Virus record (IMG/VR): IMGVR_UViG_3300014205_000186
Location: 1-64,000 of that record
DNA from: a virus
Taxonomy: Duplodnaviria; Heunggongvirae; Uroviricota; Caudoviricetes
Length of the DNA stretch: 64,000 nucleotides
Direction: 5' to 3' (one strand)
Below, piece by piece: positions 18,843 to 27,257 of this stretch. The stretch's first letter is position 1. Every line of letters starts with the position of its first letter. The position numbers and the translations under genes are program-made. The notes beneath the pieces were generated by a model, which had not been told where the DNA came from, ran no database searches, and saw only the letters and a program-made list of their open reading frames with translations.

Positions 18843-19208
18843 TTGATGGAGACTATAATGTTAAGAAGAAACGCTATTATAGCACTTATAACCCTACCTT
18901 TTATATCTAAAGTGGTTCAAGCAAAAGGTGAATTTCTTATAGATAAAAAAGATCTAGAAAAACTAGAACTAGAATCTCATGAAGATTTTCTTAAGGCTTG
19001 TAAATTAGGAAAAGTAATTAATAGACGTTTTAGAATTACTAAAACTGTAAAATTTGAAAATTGGTATGTTAAGAACTGTTTCTTTGAAATTGATGATTTT
19101 AAAGGATGTGCTTTTCATTTAGATGGGTTTAATTATCCCAACGGATATTTTTCTTATAATTTTGTAAAAATTCGAAACTTATTAGAAACTGGTTGTTATA
19201 AGTATTAA
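18843..19208 (+). CDS. secreted protein
   Basis: Signal peptide MMETIMLRRNAIIALITLPFISKVVQA. Confidence 0.5.
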   Translation: MMETIMLRRNAIIALITLPFISKVVQAKGEFLIDKKDLEKLELESHEDFLKACKLGKVINRRFRITKTVKFENWYVKNCFFEIDDFKGCAFHLDGFNYPNGYFSYNFVKIRNLLETGCYKY

Positions 19209-19277
19209 AACTCATAGATACAACACCGCTAGTATTTATGATTTATTTTGCGGTAATTTTTTCGGAGATAGAACCCG

Positions 19278-19430
19278 ATGAATATTGAAAAACTGGTTCC
19301 AATGTTAGAGAACATGATTGAAAAAGCTGCTAGTGCTGAAAAATCAGATGATGCTCTTAAGTTTTCACAAGCTGCTTGTAATGCGGCTAATGCTATGGCT
19401 CAAATAAAACATGTTGAGTCTACAGATTAG
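19278..19430 (+). CDS. small hypothetical protein (50 aa)
   Basis: MNIEKLVPMLENMIEKAASAEK... with RBS GGAGATAGAACCCG upstream; below the ORF-track cutoff. Confidence 0.3.
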   Translation: MNIEKLVPMLENMIEKAASAEKSDDALKFSQAACNAANAMAQIKHVESTD

Positions 19431-19514
19431 GTTTAATGTTTTAGCTTTCTTCGAAAATTGAATAACAATAATACTGAAAAGTAGCGTGGTTGATAACAAC
19501 AGTCGAAGATTTTT

Positions 19515-19587
19515 TGGGTTGTAGCACAATTGGTCGTGCATCGGATTGTTAATCCGGCGGTTTCAGGTTCGAACCCTGACTTCCCAG
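19515..19587 (+). tRNA. tRNA-Asn (GUU)
   Basis: D-arm GCAC-AATTGGTC-GTGC, anticodon arm TCGGA-TTGTTAA-TCCGG, T-arm TCAGG-TTCGAAC-CCTGA; acceptor TGGGTTG/CTTCCCA has two U-U mismatches; no encoded CCA. Confidence 0.55.
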
Positions 19588-19608
19588 CTTGTAGTTTAGG
19601 AAATACAA

Positions 19609-19785
19609 ATGAGATATTTAATTACTTTCGAGGCTGGATTATCATGTAGACATTCTTGTTCTAGAAGGTTTACTAAAGAAATAATCACTAATGATATTTC
19701 TCAATGGTATTCTGATAAAGAATATTTAAATTGGTATCATGATGCTGATTGGTGTACAATTTTAATGATTTATAAATTGGAATAA
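19609..19785 (+). CDS. small hypothetical protein (58 aa, Cys/Trp-containing)
   Basis: ORF immediately after tRNA-Asn with RBS AGGAAA. Confidence 0.3.
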   Translation: MRYLITFEAGLSCRHSCSRRFTKEIITNDISQWYSDKEYLNWYHDADWCTILMIYKLE

Positions 19786-19849
19786 TTATAACAAATACAG
19801 AAATAGTTACAGCAAAATAAATAAAAATGCTTTTTTTGGTAAAAGAAGG

Positions 19850-19868
19850 TTCTGGTTCGATTCCAGAA
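19850..19868 (+). other. orphan tRNA T-arm-like hairpin (possible tRNA remnant)
   Basis: TTCTGG-TTCGATT-CCAGAA with a T-loop consensus, but no matching acceptor or D-arm found nearby. Confidence 0.3.
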
Positions 19869-19930
19869 TACTGATCAAAATCTGGTGAACAAAGATCAAA
19901 ATTAAACTATTTCGTTTTTAAGGATTTATT

Positions 19931-20176
19931 ATGTCAGACCTTACTTGGAAATCAGATCTTTTTTGGGACAATGGAAACAAATTAGAAATAAGGAATAGTA
20001 CTTCTAGTAAACTACTTTCGGTCAATTATACCGGAAAAGAAGTTTTTCATGTTGATAAAGACGGGAATATTATTAGAGACGATGTTGATATTACTAACAA
20101 TGATAAAGAACTTGCAAAGTGTTTAATAGATTATTTAAGAATTTATCATAAGTTAAATATTAATAGGGAAATCTAG
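19931..20176 (+). CDS. hypothetical protein
   Basis: 81-aa ORF. Confidence 0.45.
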   Translation: MSDLTWKSDLFWDNGNKLEIRNSTSSKLLSVNYTGKEVFHVDKDGNIIRDDVDITNNDKELAKCLIDYLRIYHKLNINREI

Positions 20177-20345
20177 CTGGCGGTAGGTAAGATCTTAGAA
20201 AGTTTCATAAGCTTTTTTAATCTGGAGCGTTACCAGAGCGAGCTACTATTTAGTAAATAAACAGTGACAAACGAAGAAGCTACCTACGACGTGGCTCTAA
20301 TACCAAAGAGAACTGCTAAGTAAGAACGGTGTGCTATTTCTGGAA
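20165..20345. other. structured, GC-richer intergenic region between convergent genes
   Basis: 7-bp helix GTAGGTA/TACCTAC enclosing about 100 nt with hairpin TCTGG-AGCGTTA-CCAGA and repeat GAGCTAC/GAAGCTAC. Confidence 0.25.
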
Positions 20346-20349
20346 TTTA

Positions 20350-20958
20350 CTAAATATTTTTATTTTTTAAAACATCTTCACATAATTTATAAAAGTCTTC
20401 TAATAACATATTATTTTTAGCTTGATTAGCTTCCCTACAAGTCAAACCACAATTTTCAATAGAATTATCACCACCCCTAGAAATAGGAATTATATGATCT
20501 AAATGATATGATCTTCCATTTGATAGATTAATATCACGACCAGTAAGATAACACTTGGGATTATTACCAATCTTTTTTATAAAGTCGTTATAATTAAACA
20601 TAGATTTAATTCCCGTTTTTCTAGTATTTCTTTTAAATTGTTCAATTTTTTTAGATAATATTTTTTTAAGTTTATTTCCAGCACATTTAATATCCGTTTT
20701 ATTTTTTTGTTTTTTTAAAGTAAAACTGTTAATTTTTACAATTAAAGGATTGTTTTTTCTATTTTTTCTAGTTCTATTAAGATTTTTATCCTTTTGCCCA
20801 TTAGCACAGTGATAACAAATAGTTCCTTTTGAACATTTTAAAATTATAACAATTTCACCATAAGTCAATCCGCTATTTCGTAGTTCGAGTATTTTTGGAC
20901 CTAAATTTTTATTCATTGAATTGAACCTCCTATAATATAAATACTCTTTTTTCACCAA
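20350..20958 (-). CDS. HNH homing-type endonuclease
   Basis: C-terminal HNH motif SYHLDHIIPISRGGDNSIENCGLTCREANQAKNN; N-terminal HTH-like segment; only convincing - strand gene, embedded in the tRNA region. Confidence 0.7.
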   Translation of the reverse strand: MVKKEYLYYRRFNSMNKNLGPKILELRNSGLTYGEIVIILKCSKGTICYHCANGQKDKNLNRTRKNRKNNPLIVKINSFTLKKQKNKTDIKCAGNKLKKILSKKIEQFKRNTRKTGIKSMFNYNDFIKKIGNNPKCYLTGRDINLSNGRSYHLDHIIPISRGGDNSIENCGLTCREANQAKNNMLLEDFYKLCEDVLKNKNI

Positions 20959-21105
20959 AAGGTTTCAACCCAGCAAATATAAAATATCAATGTTTATGAT
21001 TAAAACGAAACCTGATAAGAATAATTTCTGCAACTCAAAAAATCTTTGCTTTAAAAGAAAAAAATTATTCTGATAGAAGCTTATTCAGCAATTTAATTAT
21101 CCATT

Positions 21106-21190
21106 CTAAGGAAGTAATCTAGGTTCAAATCCTAGCTAGGGTGCTTATGTATGTTTAATACCCTGGTAGTTTAATGGTAAAACTCTTAAA
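21106..21190 (+). tRNA. apparent circularly permuted tRNA gene A (3' half upstream of 5' half)
   Basis: T-arm CTAGG-TTCAAAT-CCTAG plus 3' acceptor CTAGGGT and discriminator G at 21118-21142; 17-nt spacer; then 5' acceptor ACCCTGG at 21159-21165 (7/7 pairs including one G-U), U8 A9, D-arm GTTT-AATGGTA-AAAC. Confidence 0.35.
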
Positions 21191-21273
21191 ACAAGCTTCG
21201 ATAAGATTTCATACTGCAAACCAAATATAACAACAAACGATTAATTTGTAACGTTAAAAATGAAATCTGTATA

Positions 21274-21396
21274 TAATCCCATTCAGCACAGACACAAATA
21301 AAGAACTTTTAGTTGCAGGTTCGAGTCCTGCCCTTCCCTCTTTAAATTTTTCGGGGAGGTAGCCCAATTGGCAGAGGCGAAAGTAAAAAACGGGAT
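21274..21396 (+). tRNA. apparent circularly permuted tRNA gene B (3' half upstream of 5' half)
   Basis: 3' half 21304-21338: anticodon-stem strand ACTTT, variable TAGTT, T-arm GCAGG-TTCGAGT-CCTGC, acceptor CCTTCCC; 13-nt spacer; 5' half 21352-21383: GGGGAGG (7/7 pairs), TA, D-arm GCC-CAATTGGCAGA-GGC, anticodon-stem strand AAAGT; flanking leader/trailer helix AATCCC (21274-79)/GGGATT (21391-96). Confidence 0.4.
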
Positions 21397-21416
21397 TAGT
21401 TTTAGTTTAATTTGCT

Positions 21417-22514
21417 TTGAAAGAAGAAATAATGAAATTTGATACGCTTTATAAGACTGATTCGAAAGATAAAATTAGAGAATGGAATGTTGAGGTTATT
21501 AATTTACTAGATCATGCAGTAATTGTTGTTACTCATGGTGCTAAAAATGGACAGATGCAAAGAAAAATAACAGAGGTTTGGGAAGGCAAAAATATTGGTA
21601 AGAAAAACGAAACAAATTTTTTAGAACAAGCTATTCTTGAAGCAAAATCAAAATGGTCAAAACAATGTGATAAAGGATATTCTCTAACAGGAGAAAAAAT
21701 CTTTATTCCAATGAAAGCTAAAAAATTTAGAGAGCATCCTAAAAAGGTTGTTTATCCATGTATTTCACAAAGAAAATATGATGGGTTTAGAACTACGTTA
21801 CATTGGTACGAACAATTTGCTGCTGTTGTAGCACTATCTTACAATGGAAAAATTTGGAAAACCGTAGACCATATTAATAAATGCGTTTATGACTTTCTTA
21901 AAAAGAACCCGCACTTAATTTTAGATGGAGAAATTTTTACTACAGAAATTAGCTTTAACAAGATTTGTTCTTCTATCAAAAGAGGCGAAGCAAATGAAGA
22001 AAGCTTAAAAGCGGAATTTCATTGTTATGACATTTTTAATAAAAACGATACAAGTTTATCATACTCTGAAAGAATGAAATTAATTCCAAGCCTTCCTAAA
22101 CCATTTGTAAAAGTAGAATCTTATCTTTGTGCTTCTGAAGAAGAAATATTTAAAAAACATAATGAGTTTGTCCAAGCTAAATATGAAGGGTCAATTATAA
22201 GAAACCTTCATGGCAAATATGAAACAGGAGCAAAGTCTTCTGATATGTTTAAGTTAAAAGATTTTGAAGACTCTGAATATAGAATTATTAATAAAAAACT
22301 TGATAAAAATAATGAATGTGTCTTTGTTTTATTAGACGAAGAGATAAATGAAGAATTTGAATGTAAGCCAGAAGGAACTCACGAAGAAAGACTTGCTTAT
22401 TACGAAGAAGATAATATTGGTCAAATGTTAACAGTTAGATTTCCAGAGTTAACTGAACGTGGCGTTCCTAGGTTCCCTGTTGGAGTTGGAATTAGACCAG
22501 AAGGAGATCTTTAA
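21417..22514 (+). CDS. ATP-dependent DNA ligase
   Basis: Motif I KYDGFR (KxDG), motif III ILDGEIF, motif IV EGSIIRN, motif V MFKLKDF. Confidence 0.8.
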   Translation: MKEEIMKFDTLYKTDSKDKIREWNVEVINLLDHAVIVVTHGAKNGQMQRKITEVWEGKNIGKKNETNFLEQAILEAKSKWSKQCDKGYSLTGEKIFIPMKAKKFREHPKKVVYPCISQRKYDGFRTTLHWYEQFAAVVALSYNGKIWKTVDHINKCVYDFLKKNPHLILDGEIFTTEISFNKICSSIKRGEANEESLKAEFHCYDIFNKNDTSLSYSERMKLIPSLPKPFVKVESYLCASEEEIFKKHNEFVQAKYEGSIIRNLHGKYETGAKSSDMFKLKDFEDSEYRIINKKLDKNNECVFVLLDEEINEEFECKPEGTHEERLAYYEEDNIGQMLTVRFPELTERGVPRFPVGVGIRPEGDL

Positions 22515-22774
22515 TGTTTTTTAAAATGTTTGACGGCGATATTGTTGATACGACTTTTATAAAGTGTGTTACTCCTATTAAAATAATTAAGGAAAAGTCT
22601 TCTATAAAATATATATTCTATATCTACTATAAAGATAACGGAAAACATTATTATCAAATAGAAATTTCTTTAGACAATATTATAAAGTGTATTGATCATA
22701 TTGAATTTTCTGAAGAATTTATTAAGTTTAAAGAAAATCATAGCAATTTAATGAAAAGGCTATTAAATGAATAA
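22514..22774 (+). CDS. hypothetical protein
   Basis: 86-aa ORF. Confidence 0.4.
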   Translation: MFFKMFDGDIVDTTFIKCVTPIKIIKEKSSIKYIFYIYYKDNGKHYYQIEISLDNIIKCIDHIEFSEEFIKFKENHSNLMKRLLNE

Positions 22775-23063
22775 AGAAAAGTATCTATTTACTTGTTTAC
22801 AAGAAGAATGTGCTGAACTCTCTCAAAGAGCCGCTAAAATAGTTAGATTTGGTTTAAAAGAGAAACAACCGGGGCAAGATAAAGATAATTTTGAAAGACT
22901 TATAGAAGAATTTCGTGATTTAATGGGTGTCGCTAAATATATAGACAGAATTTATGGTAAACTTCTAGATACTAATAATGAAGTATCTGATACCGTAAAT
23001 CAGAAAATTATTAAGCTTGATAAGTATATGGATTACTCTAGGGAAATTGGAGAGCTTGATTAA
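22767..23063 (+). CDS. small MazG-like all-alpha NTP pyrophosphohydrolase (tentative)
   Basis: LQEECAELSQRAAKI...FERLIEEFRDLMGVA resembles the MazG EExxE...D helix pair. Confidence 0.35.
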   Translation: MNKEKYLFTCLQEECAELSQRAAKIVRFGLKEKQPGQDKDNFERLIEEFRDLMGVAKYIDRIYGKLLDTNNEVSDTVNQKIIKLDKYMDYSREIGELD

Positions 23064-23293
23064 TGTTATCAGAAATTATAATGGGGTCAACATTAATTTT
23101 CGGATTTTTATTTTACGGAATAATGTTAATAACATGCTCTCTTTCTGTTTCAGATAAAACTTTCTTAAGTAAAGAAGAAACTATTAATAGGAATAAAGAA
23201 ATAAGTTTTGGAATAAAAATCTCATTAATACTTTTAGTTTTATTGATATTATCGGCTTCTGTTCCTTTTATTCTACGTCAATATAATATGTAA
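23063..23293 (+). CDS. small membrane protein
   Basis: 76 aa with two TM helices. Confidence 0.4.
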   Translation: MLSEIIMGSTLIFGFLFYGIMLITCSLSVSDKTFLSKEETINRNKEISFGIKISLILLVLLILSASVPFILRQYNM

Positions 23294-23315
23294 ATATATT
23301 TTGTTAGGAATTTAA

Positions 23316-23537
23316 ATGTCTCAAAAAGCACAGGTTATAATAGATCGTTGTAATTTTAGTGGTGTAAAATTTGATAAAGCAGCGGTAGACGCAGTACAAA
23401 GAATAGCTGATGGACTAGTAATTAATGCGGAAGCCCTGAAACAATTAGCATGGGTATTAACCGCTTCTAATGTTAAAATTGAAACACTTGTTAAAGTTGT
23501 TTGTAGTGAAGAAAATTTAGAGGAAACAGATGATTGA
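23316..23537 (+). CDS. hypothetical protein
   Basis: 73-aa ORF. Confidence 0.4.
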   Translation: MSQKAQVIIDRCNFSGVKFDKAAVDAVQRIADGLVINAEALKQLAWVLTASNVKIETLVKVVCSEENLEETDD

Positions 23538-23961
23538 GCAAATGAAAGAAGAAATTGTAAAAGCAACTAAGCAAAGAGACGATGTTAAGAAAAACATTCT
23601 CAAATTAGTTGTTTCTGAAGTACAAACTAGAGAAGCTAGGCAAAATAAGCCAATTACTCAAAAAGAGTTTGAAGGAATACTTAAGCTTTTTATAAAGAAT
23701 AACAACGAAATAATGTTCTATTCTAAAAATTCTAAAAATTCTATGAAATTAATGCAAGAAAATGCTATATTATCTTTATGGTTACCTCGCCAAGTTTCAG
23801 GAAAAGAACTTCAATCAATTGTTTCCGTTTTTACAGATAAGATTAAATCTTCAGATAATACTGGTCAAGCTATTGGTCTTGTTATTAAGGGTTTAACTGG
23901 GAATTATTCTTTTGACAATAAAGAGATTAAGAGTATAATAGAGCAGATTAGAAATGAATAA
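23530..23961 (+). CDS. hypothetical protein
   Basis: 143-aa ORF. Confidence 0.45.
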   Translation: MIEQMKEEIVKATKQRDDVKKNILKLVVSEVQTREARQNKPITQKEFEGILKLFIKNNNEIMFYSKNSKNSMKLMQENAILSLWLPRQVSGKELQSIVSVFTDKIKSSDNTGQAIGLVIKGLTGNYSFDNKEIKSIIEQIRNE

Positions 23962-23987
23962 TCTTAGAATTTTTAAAGGATGTTTGA

Positions 23988-24242
23988 ATGCTTATATCTA
24001 TTGCAACAGGATATTATTTTTGGATATTTTTAGTATTAAGTATATTAATTGGATTTTATGCATCAGTATATTTATCAATTTTTCTTACTAAAAATACTAA
24101 TGAAGACGAAGTTTTAATTGCTTTTCGTGCTTTTATACTATGTTTAGTAATATTTTTCATGTGGCCATTTATATTATCAGGTTTAATAATCTTTGCCCCG
24201 TTCTTAATTAGTGCTTACATAATAAGAAAACATATTAAATAA
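23988..24242 (+). CDS. small membrane protein
   Basis: 84 aa, hydrophobic. Confidence 0.4.
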   Translation: MLISIATGYYFWIFLVLSILIGFYASVYLSIFLTKNTNEDEVLIAFRAFILCLVIFFMWPFILSGLIIFAPFLISAYIIRKHIK

Positions 24243-24346
24243 TGAAAATCGAAATCAGACACTAAATATCTGAAACAGAAGAAGAAATATATTTCTTTGA
24301 TATTAATAATAGTATAAATTATAAAGGAATATATTTTTCTAATAGA

Positions 24347-24660
24347 AATGATGCCAACGATGTTTTTGGATATGATTGGGATAAATACAATAAAGATGAA
24401 GAAGACGAAATAAGTAATTTATATAGCAAATATGATTTAGATCCAGATGACTATGATTTTGTCTATAATAAAAATTATCACTTTGAAGATGAATTAAATA
24501 GTATTCAAAATAAATATAATCCGACTTGTAATAAAACAATTAATGGTAAGAGTTATCTTCACGGAACTTTTGGTGGACATAGAGAACATCCTTTAAAAAT
24601 TAGTAAAGAACAGATTATTGAAGCAGTTATTGAAAAAATTAAAACAATGGAAATTAAATG
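24347..24660 (+). pseudogene. coding-like open frame without an ATG start (non-canonical start, frameshifted gene or pseudogene)
   Basis: About 104 sense codons (NDANDVFGYDWDKYNKDEEDEISNLY...HREHPLKISKEQIIEAVIEKIKTMEIK) ending in ATGA overlap with the next gene; the only upstream ATG lies in the +1 frame. Confidence 0.25.
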
Positions 24661-26112
24661 AAAAAACTTAAAAAATCAGAACTACCAGATAACCATTCAT
24701 TTAATGACTTTAAGTCTTTTGGTCCACCTGCTATAAGAGACGGAGAATTTACAGGAACTAAAGTAGCAGATTTTGGATGTTTCGATAACCAAGGCCGCGA
24801 TAGTAATAAATATTATCACGCAGCTATTTGTCAGTCTACTATAAATAATAAATGGTTTGTGTATGTCCAATTTGGTCGTACTGGAAATTCTAAATATGAT
24901 TTTCAATTTTTTGATTGTGATTCTGAACAAGACGCTCAAAAAGCGTATGAGAAACAATGTCATTCTAAAAACGACAAAAGGGGTGAGTGGTATCAGCATC
25001 CACAATTAGGTAAAATCTTAAGAGCTAAAGCTGGAAAAGATTGTTACTTAACTAGGTCTTTTGCTAGTAGAATATCAGCTTTACCAGATGTAGCTAGAAT
25101 ATCTACTAAGAAAATGGTTAAATCTTCGCAATTTGATCCACAAACAGAAACTTTACTTAGAGATTTACAAACCGGAACAGTATCTTATACAAAAAACAAA
25201 TTTTCTTCAGGTATAATTCCTGATTTAGATTCTATTAATCAAGCTAGAACAATTCTTTCTTTAGCAGCTAAAACTAAAAAAGATGACGAACTTACAGAAT
25301 TAACAAAGATTCTTTATAGTAAAATCCCTAAATCTACTTATATAGGTGAAAAAGTAGAATTATCTTCTGAAAATATTAAATCTTGGTATGATGACCTAGA
25401 CGCTTTTGAATCAGCTTTCTCTTCGTTAGAAGACGGATTTGAAAACGTATCTATTAAATACTTATTAAAATATATTGACAAATCAAACCAGTTGTGGTAT
25501 AATATAGAAAGATTAGTGCAGTCTTCAACAAGAGATAGACACGCATATATTCCTGGAAAAATCAAAATTGAACATATTTGGGAGATTACTAATGTTCCTA
25601 AATCGTTTTTAGATGAACAGGAAAGAATTGCTAAAGAGTTTAAAGGAATTGGTTTCCCGTTAATTTTTCAGCCAGAAAGAACAGAATTAGAGAAAAGGTC
25701 GAATTGTCAGCTACTAATACACGGTTCTCGTAGTTGCAATATTGGAGGTATTATTTCTACTGGTTTTAGACTTCCTAAAGATTTAAGCGGAGTAGCTATT
25801 AATGGGGCAAATTTAGGACCAGGAGCGTATCATGCTTCAGATTATAAAAAGTCTGCTGGTTATTGTTCTATTAAAAATGGTTATTGGTCTAGTGGTTCTG
25901 GATCTATTTCTAATAGAAAAGCTTTTATATTTTTAAATGATGTTATTCTTGGTAATCCACACGTTGTAAGTAGACCGCAGGGATTTAATAAACCGCCAGT
26001 AGGCTATCATAGTGTTATAGCAGATACTAAAGGAAGCTTTCAAAATGAAGAATTTGTTGTTTTTTCAGTAGAGCGTTTTTATCCTAGGTTTTTAATAGAA
26101 TTCGATCTTTAG
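24658..26112 (+). CDS. PARP-like ADP-ribosyltransferase (WGR domain + PARP catalytic domain)
   Basis: WGR-like KWFVYVQFGRTGNSKYDFQFFDCDSEQDAQKAYEKQ; catalytic H-Y-E elements LLIHGSRS, GPGAYHASD, NEEFVVFSVERFYPRFLIEF. Confidence 0.7.
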   Translation: MKKLKKSELPDNHSFNDFKSFGPPAIRDGEFTGTKVADFGCFDNQGRDSNKYYHAAICQSTINNKWFVYVQFGRTGNSKYDFQFFDCDSEQDAQKAYEKQCHSKNDKRGEWYQHPQLGKILRAKAGKDCYLTRSFASRISALPDVARISTKKMVKSSQFDPQTETLLRDLQTGTVSYTKNKFSSGIIPDLDSINQARTILSLAAKTKKDDELTELTKILYSKIPKSTYIGEKVELSSENIKSWYDDLDAFESAFSSLEDGFENVSIKYLLKYIDKSNQLWYNIERLVQSSTRDRHAYIPGKIKIEHIWEITNVPKSFLDEQERIAKEFKGIGFPLIFQPERTELEKRSNCQLLIHGSRSCNIGGIISTGFRLPKDLSGVAINGANLGPGAYHASDYKKSAGYCSIKNGYWSSGSGSISNRKAFIFLNDVILGNPHVVSRPQGFNKPPVGYHSVIADTKGSFQNEEFVVFSVERFYPRFLIEFDL

Positions 26113-26120
26113 GAGAATTT

Positions 26121-27257
26121 ATGTTTGATGATAATGTTTATGTTAAGTTTACAGGAAATAAAGAGAGATATAAGAAAAGGGCTGAAGAATTGGGTTATAA
26201 GTTTTTTGCTGATGTAACCCTGGAAGATAAAGGAATTTTAATTTTATGGAGTAAAGCTAGGTCTTTAGGAGATCAAAGAAATTATTCTTTTATTAAAGAG
26301 CAAAATAAAGATCTTTGTAAGTTATTTGGTTTTCATATTACACCTATATCGGAAGAAGAATTTTTCGGTCATAAGAGGTATAAAGAAATTGTTAAAATTA
26401 GAGTTGTTGGTGATAAACAAAGATATGTTGATAGAGCAAAAGCTTTAGGATATACTCCTATTAATCGAATTCACGCGCAATGTCCTGAATATTTGATATT
26501 ATATTTAAATGATCAATTTAATGCTGTAAATTATAATCCGTCGTCTTATAAGTTGGTTTCACAAGAAGAATTTTTTGGAGTTACTATGTTAGAAAAATTA
26601 GATTTGAGAGTTTTGTCAGTTTTGGTCAATTTAACCTGTGAGACATTAAATTCGTTTAGTGCTTACGATGTTACCTGCTTATTAAGAAGTAGATTACCAA
26701 ACTTTAATATTCTTCATGAGGATGTTAGAGATCTTGTTGTAAAGTATGCTTTTGTAAATAATCTACAAACTAAAGATAACGGGGCTTATTTAGTCTATAC
26801 TAATCCTGTAAAGATTAATTTTCAGCCAGCGTATTCAAATAGCCCAGTAATGACTACCGGAACAACATCTGGTACAGTCAATTCTCCATTTTTAGTAAAT
26901 GCTAATAGTTTTGTTACTAAGCTAAATAATTTAAATCAAACAATTGTTCAGAAAGCCGTTCAATCAAAACTAGACGCACTTTTAAAAGAAAAGCAATCAA
27001 AGTCTGTTTCAGGAACAGTTAAGCCTTTACAATCTGAAGGTAGACTTAATTTAACAAATCTAGTTAAAGAATATTTTCCTGGTTTTCAACGGGTTTACGT
27101 AACAAGACAACCTAATAATATTTTAATTACAACTAATCCCTATAAGAATAGTTCAGTACTAGTAGTTGATCCAGAGCTAAGAATTAGAACCGGATTTAAG
27201 ACGAACAGTGTTAATATTAAGGTTGAATCAGGAAAGGTAGAAATTACACCATGTTAA
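26121..27257 (+). CDS. hypothetical protein with N-terminal internal repeat
   Basis: Repeats VKFTGNKERYKKRAEELGYKF and VKIRVVGDKQRYVDRAKALGYTP. Confidence 0.5.
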   Translation: MFDDNVYVKFTGNKERYKKRAEELGYKFFADVTLEDKGILILWSKARSLGDQRNYSFIKEQNKDLCKLFGFHITPISEEEFFGHKRYKEIVKIRVVGDKQRYVDRAKALGYTPINRIHAQCPEYLILYLNDQFNAVNYNPSSYKLVSQEEFFGVTMLEKLDLRVLSVLVNLTCETLNSFSAYDVTCLLRSRLPNFNILHEDVRDLVVKYAFVNNLQTKDNGAYLVYTNPVKINFQPAYSNSPVMTTGTTSGTVNSPFLVNANSFVTKLNNLNQTIVQKAVQSKLDALLKEKQSKSVSGTVKPLQSEGRLNLTNLVKEYFPGFQRVYVTRQPNNILITTNPYKNSSVLVVDPELRIRTGFKTNSVNIKVESGKVEITPC

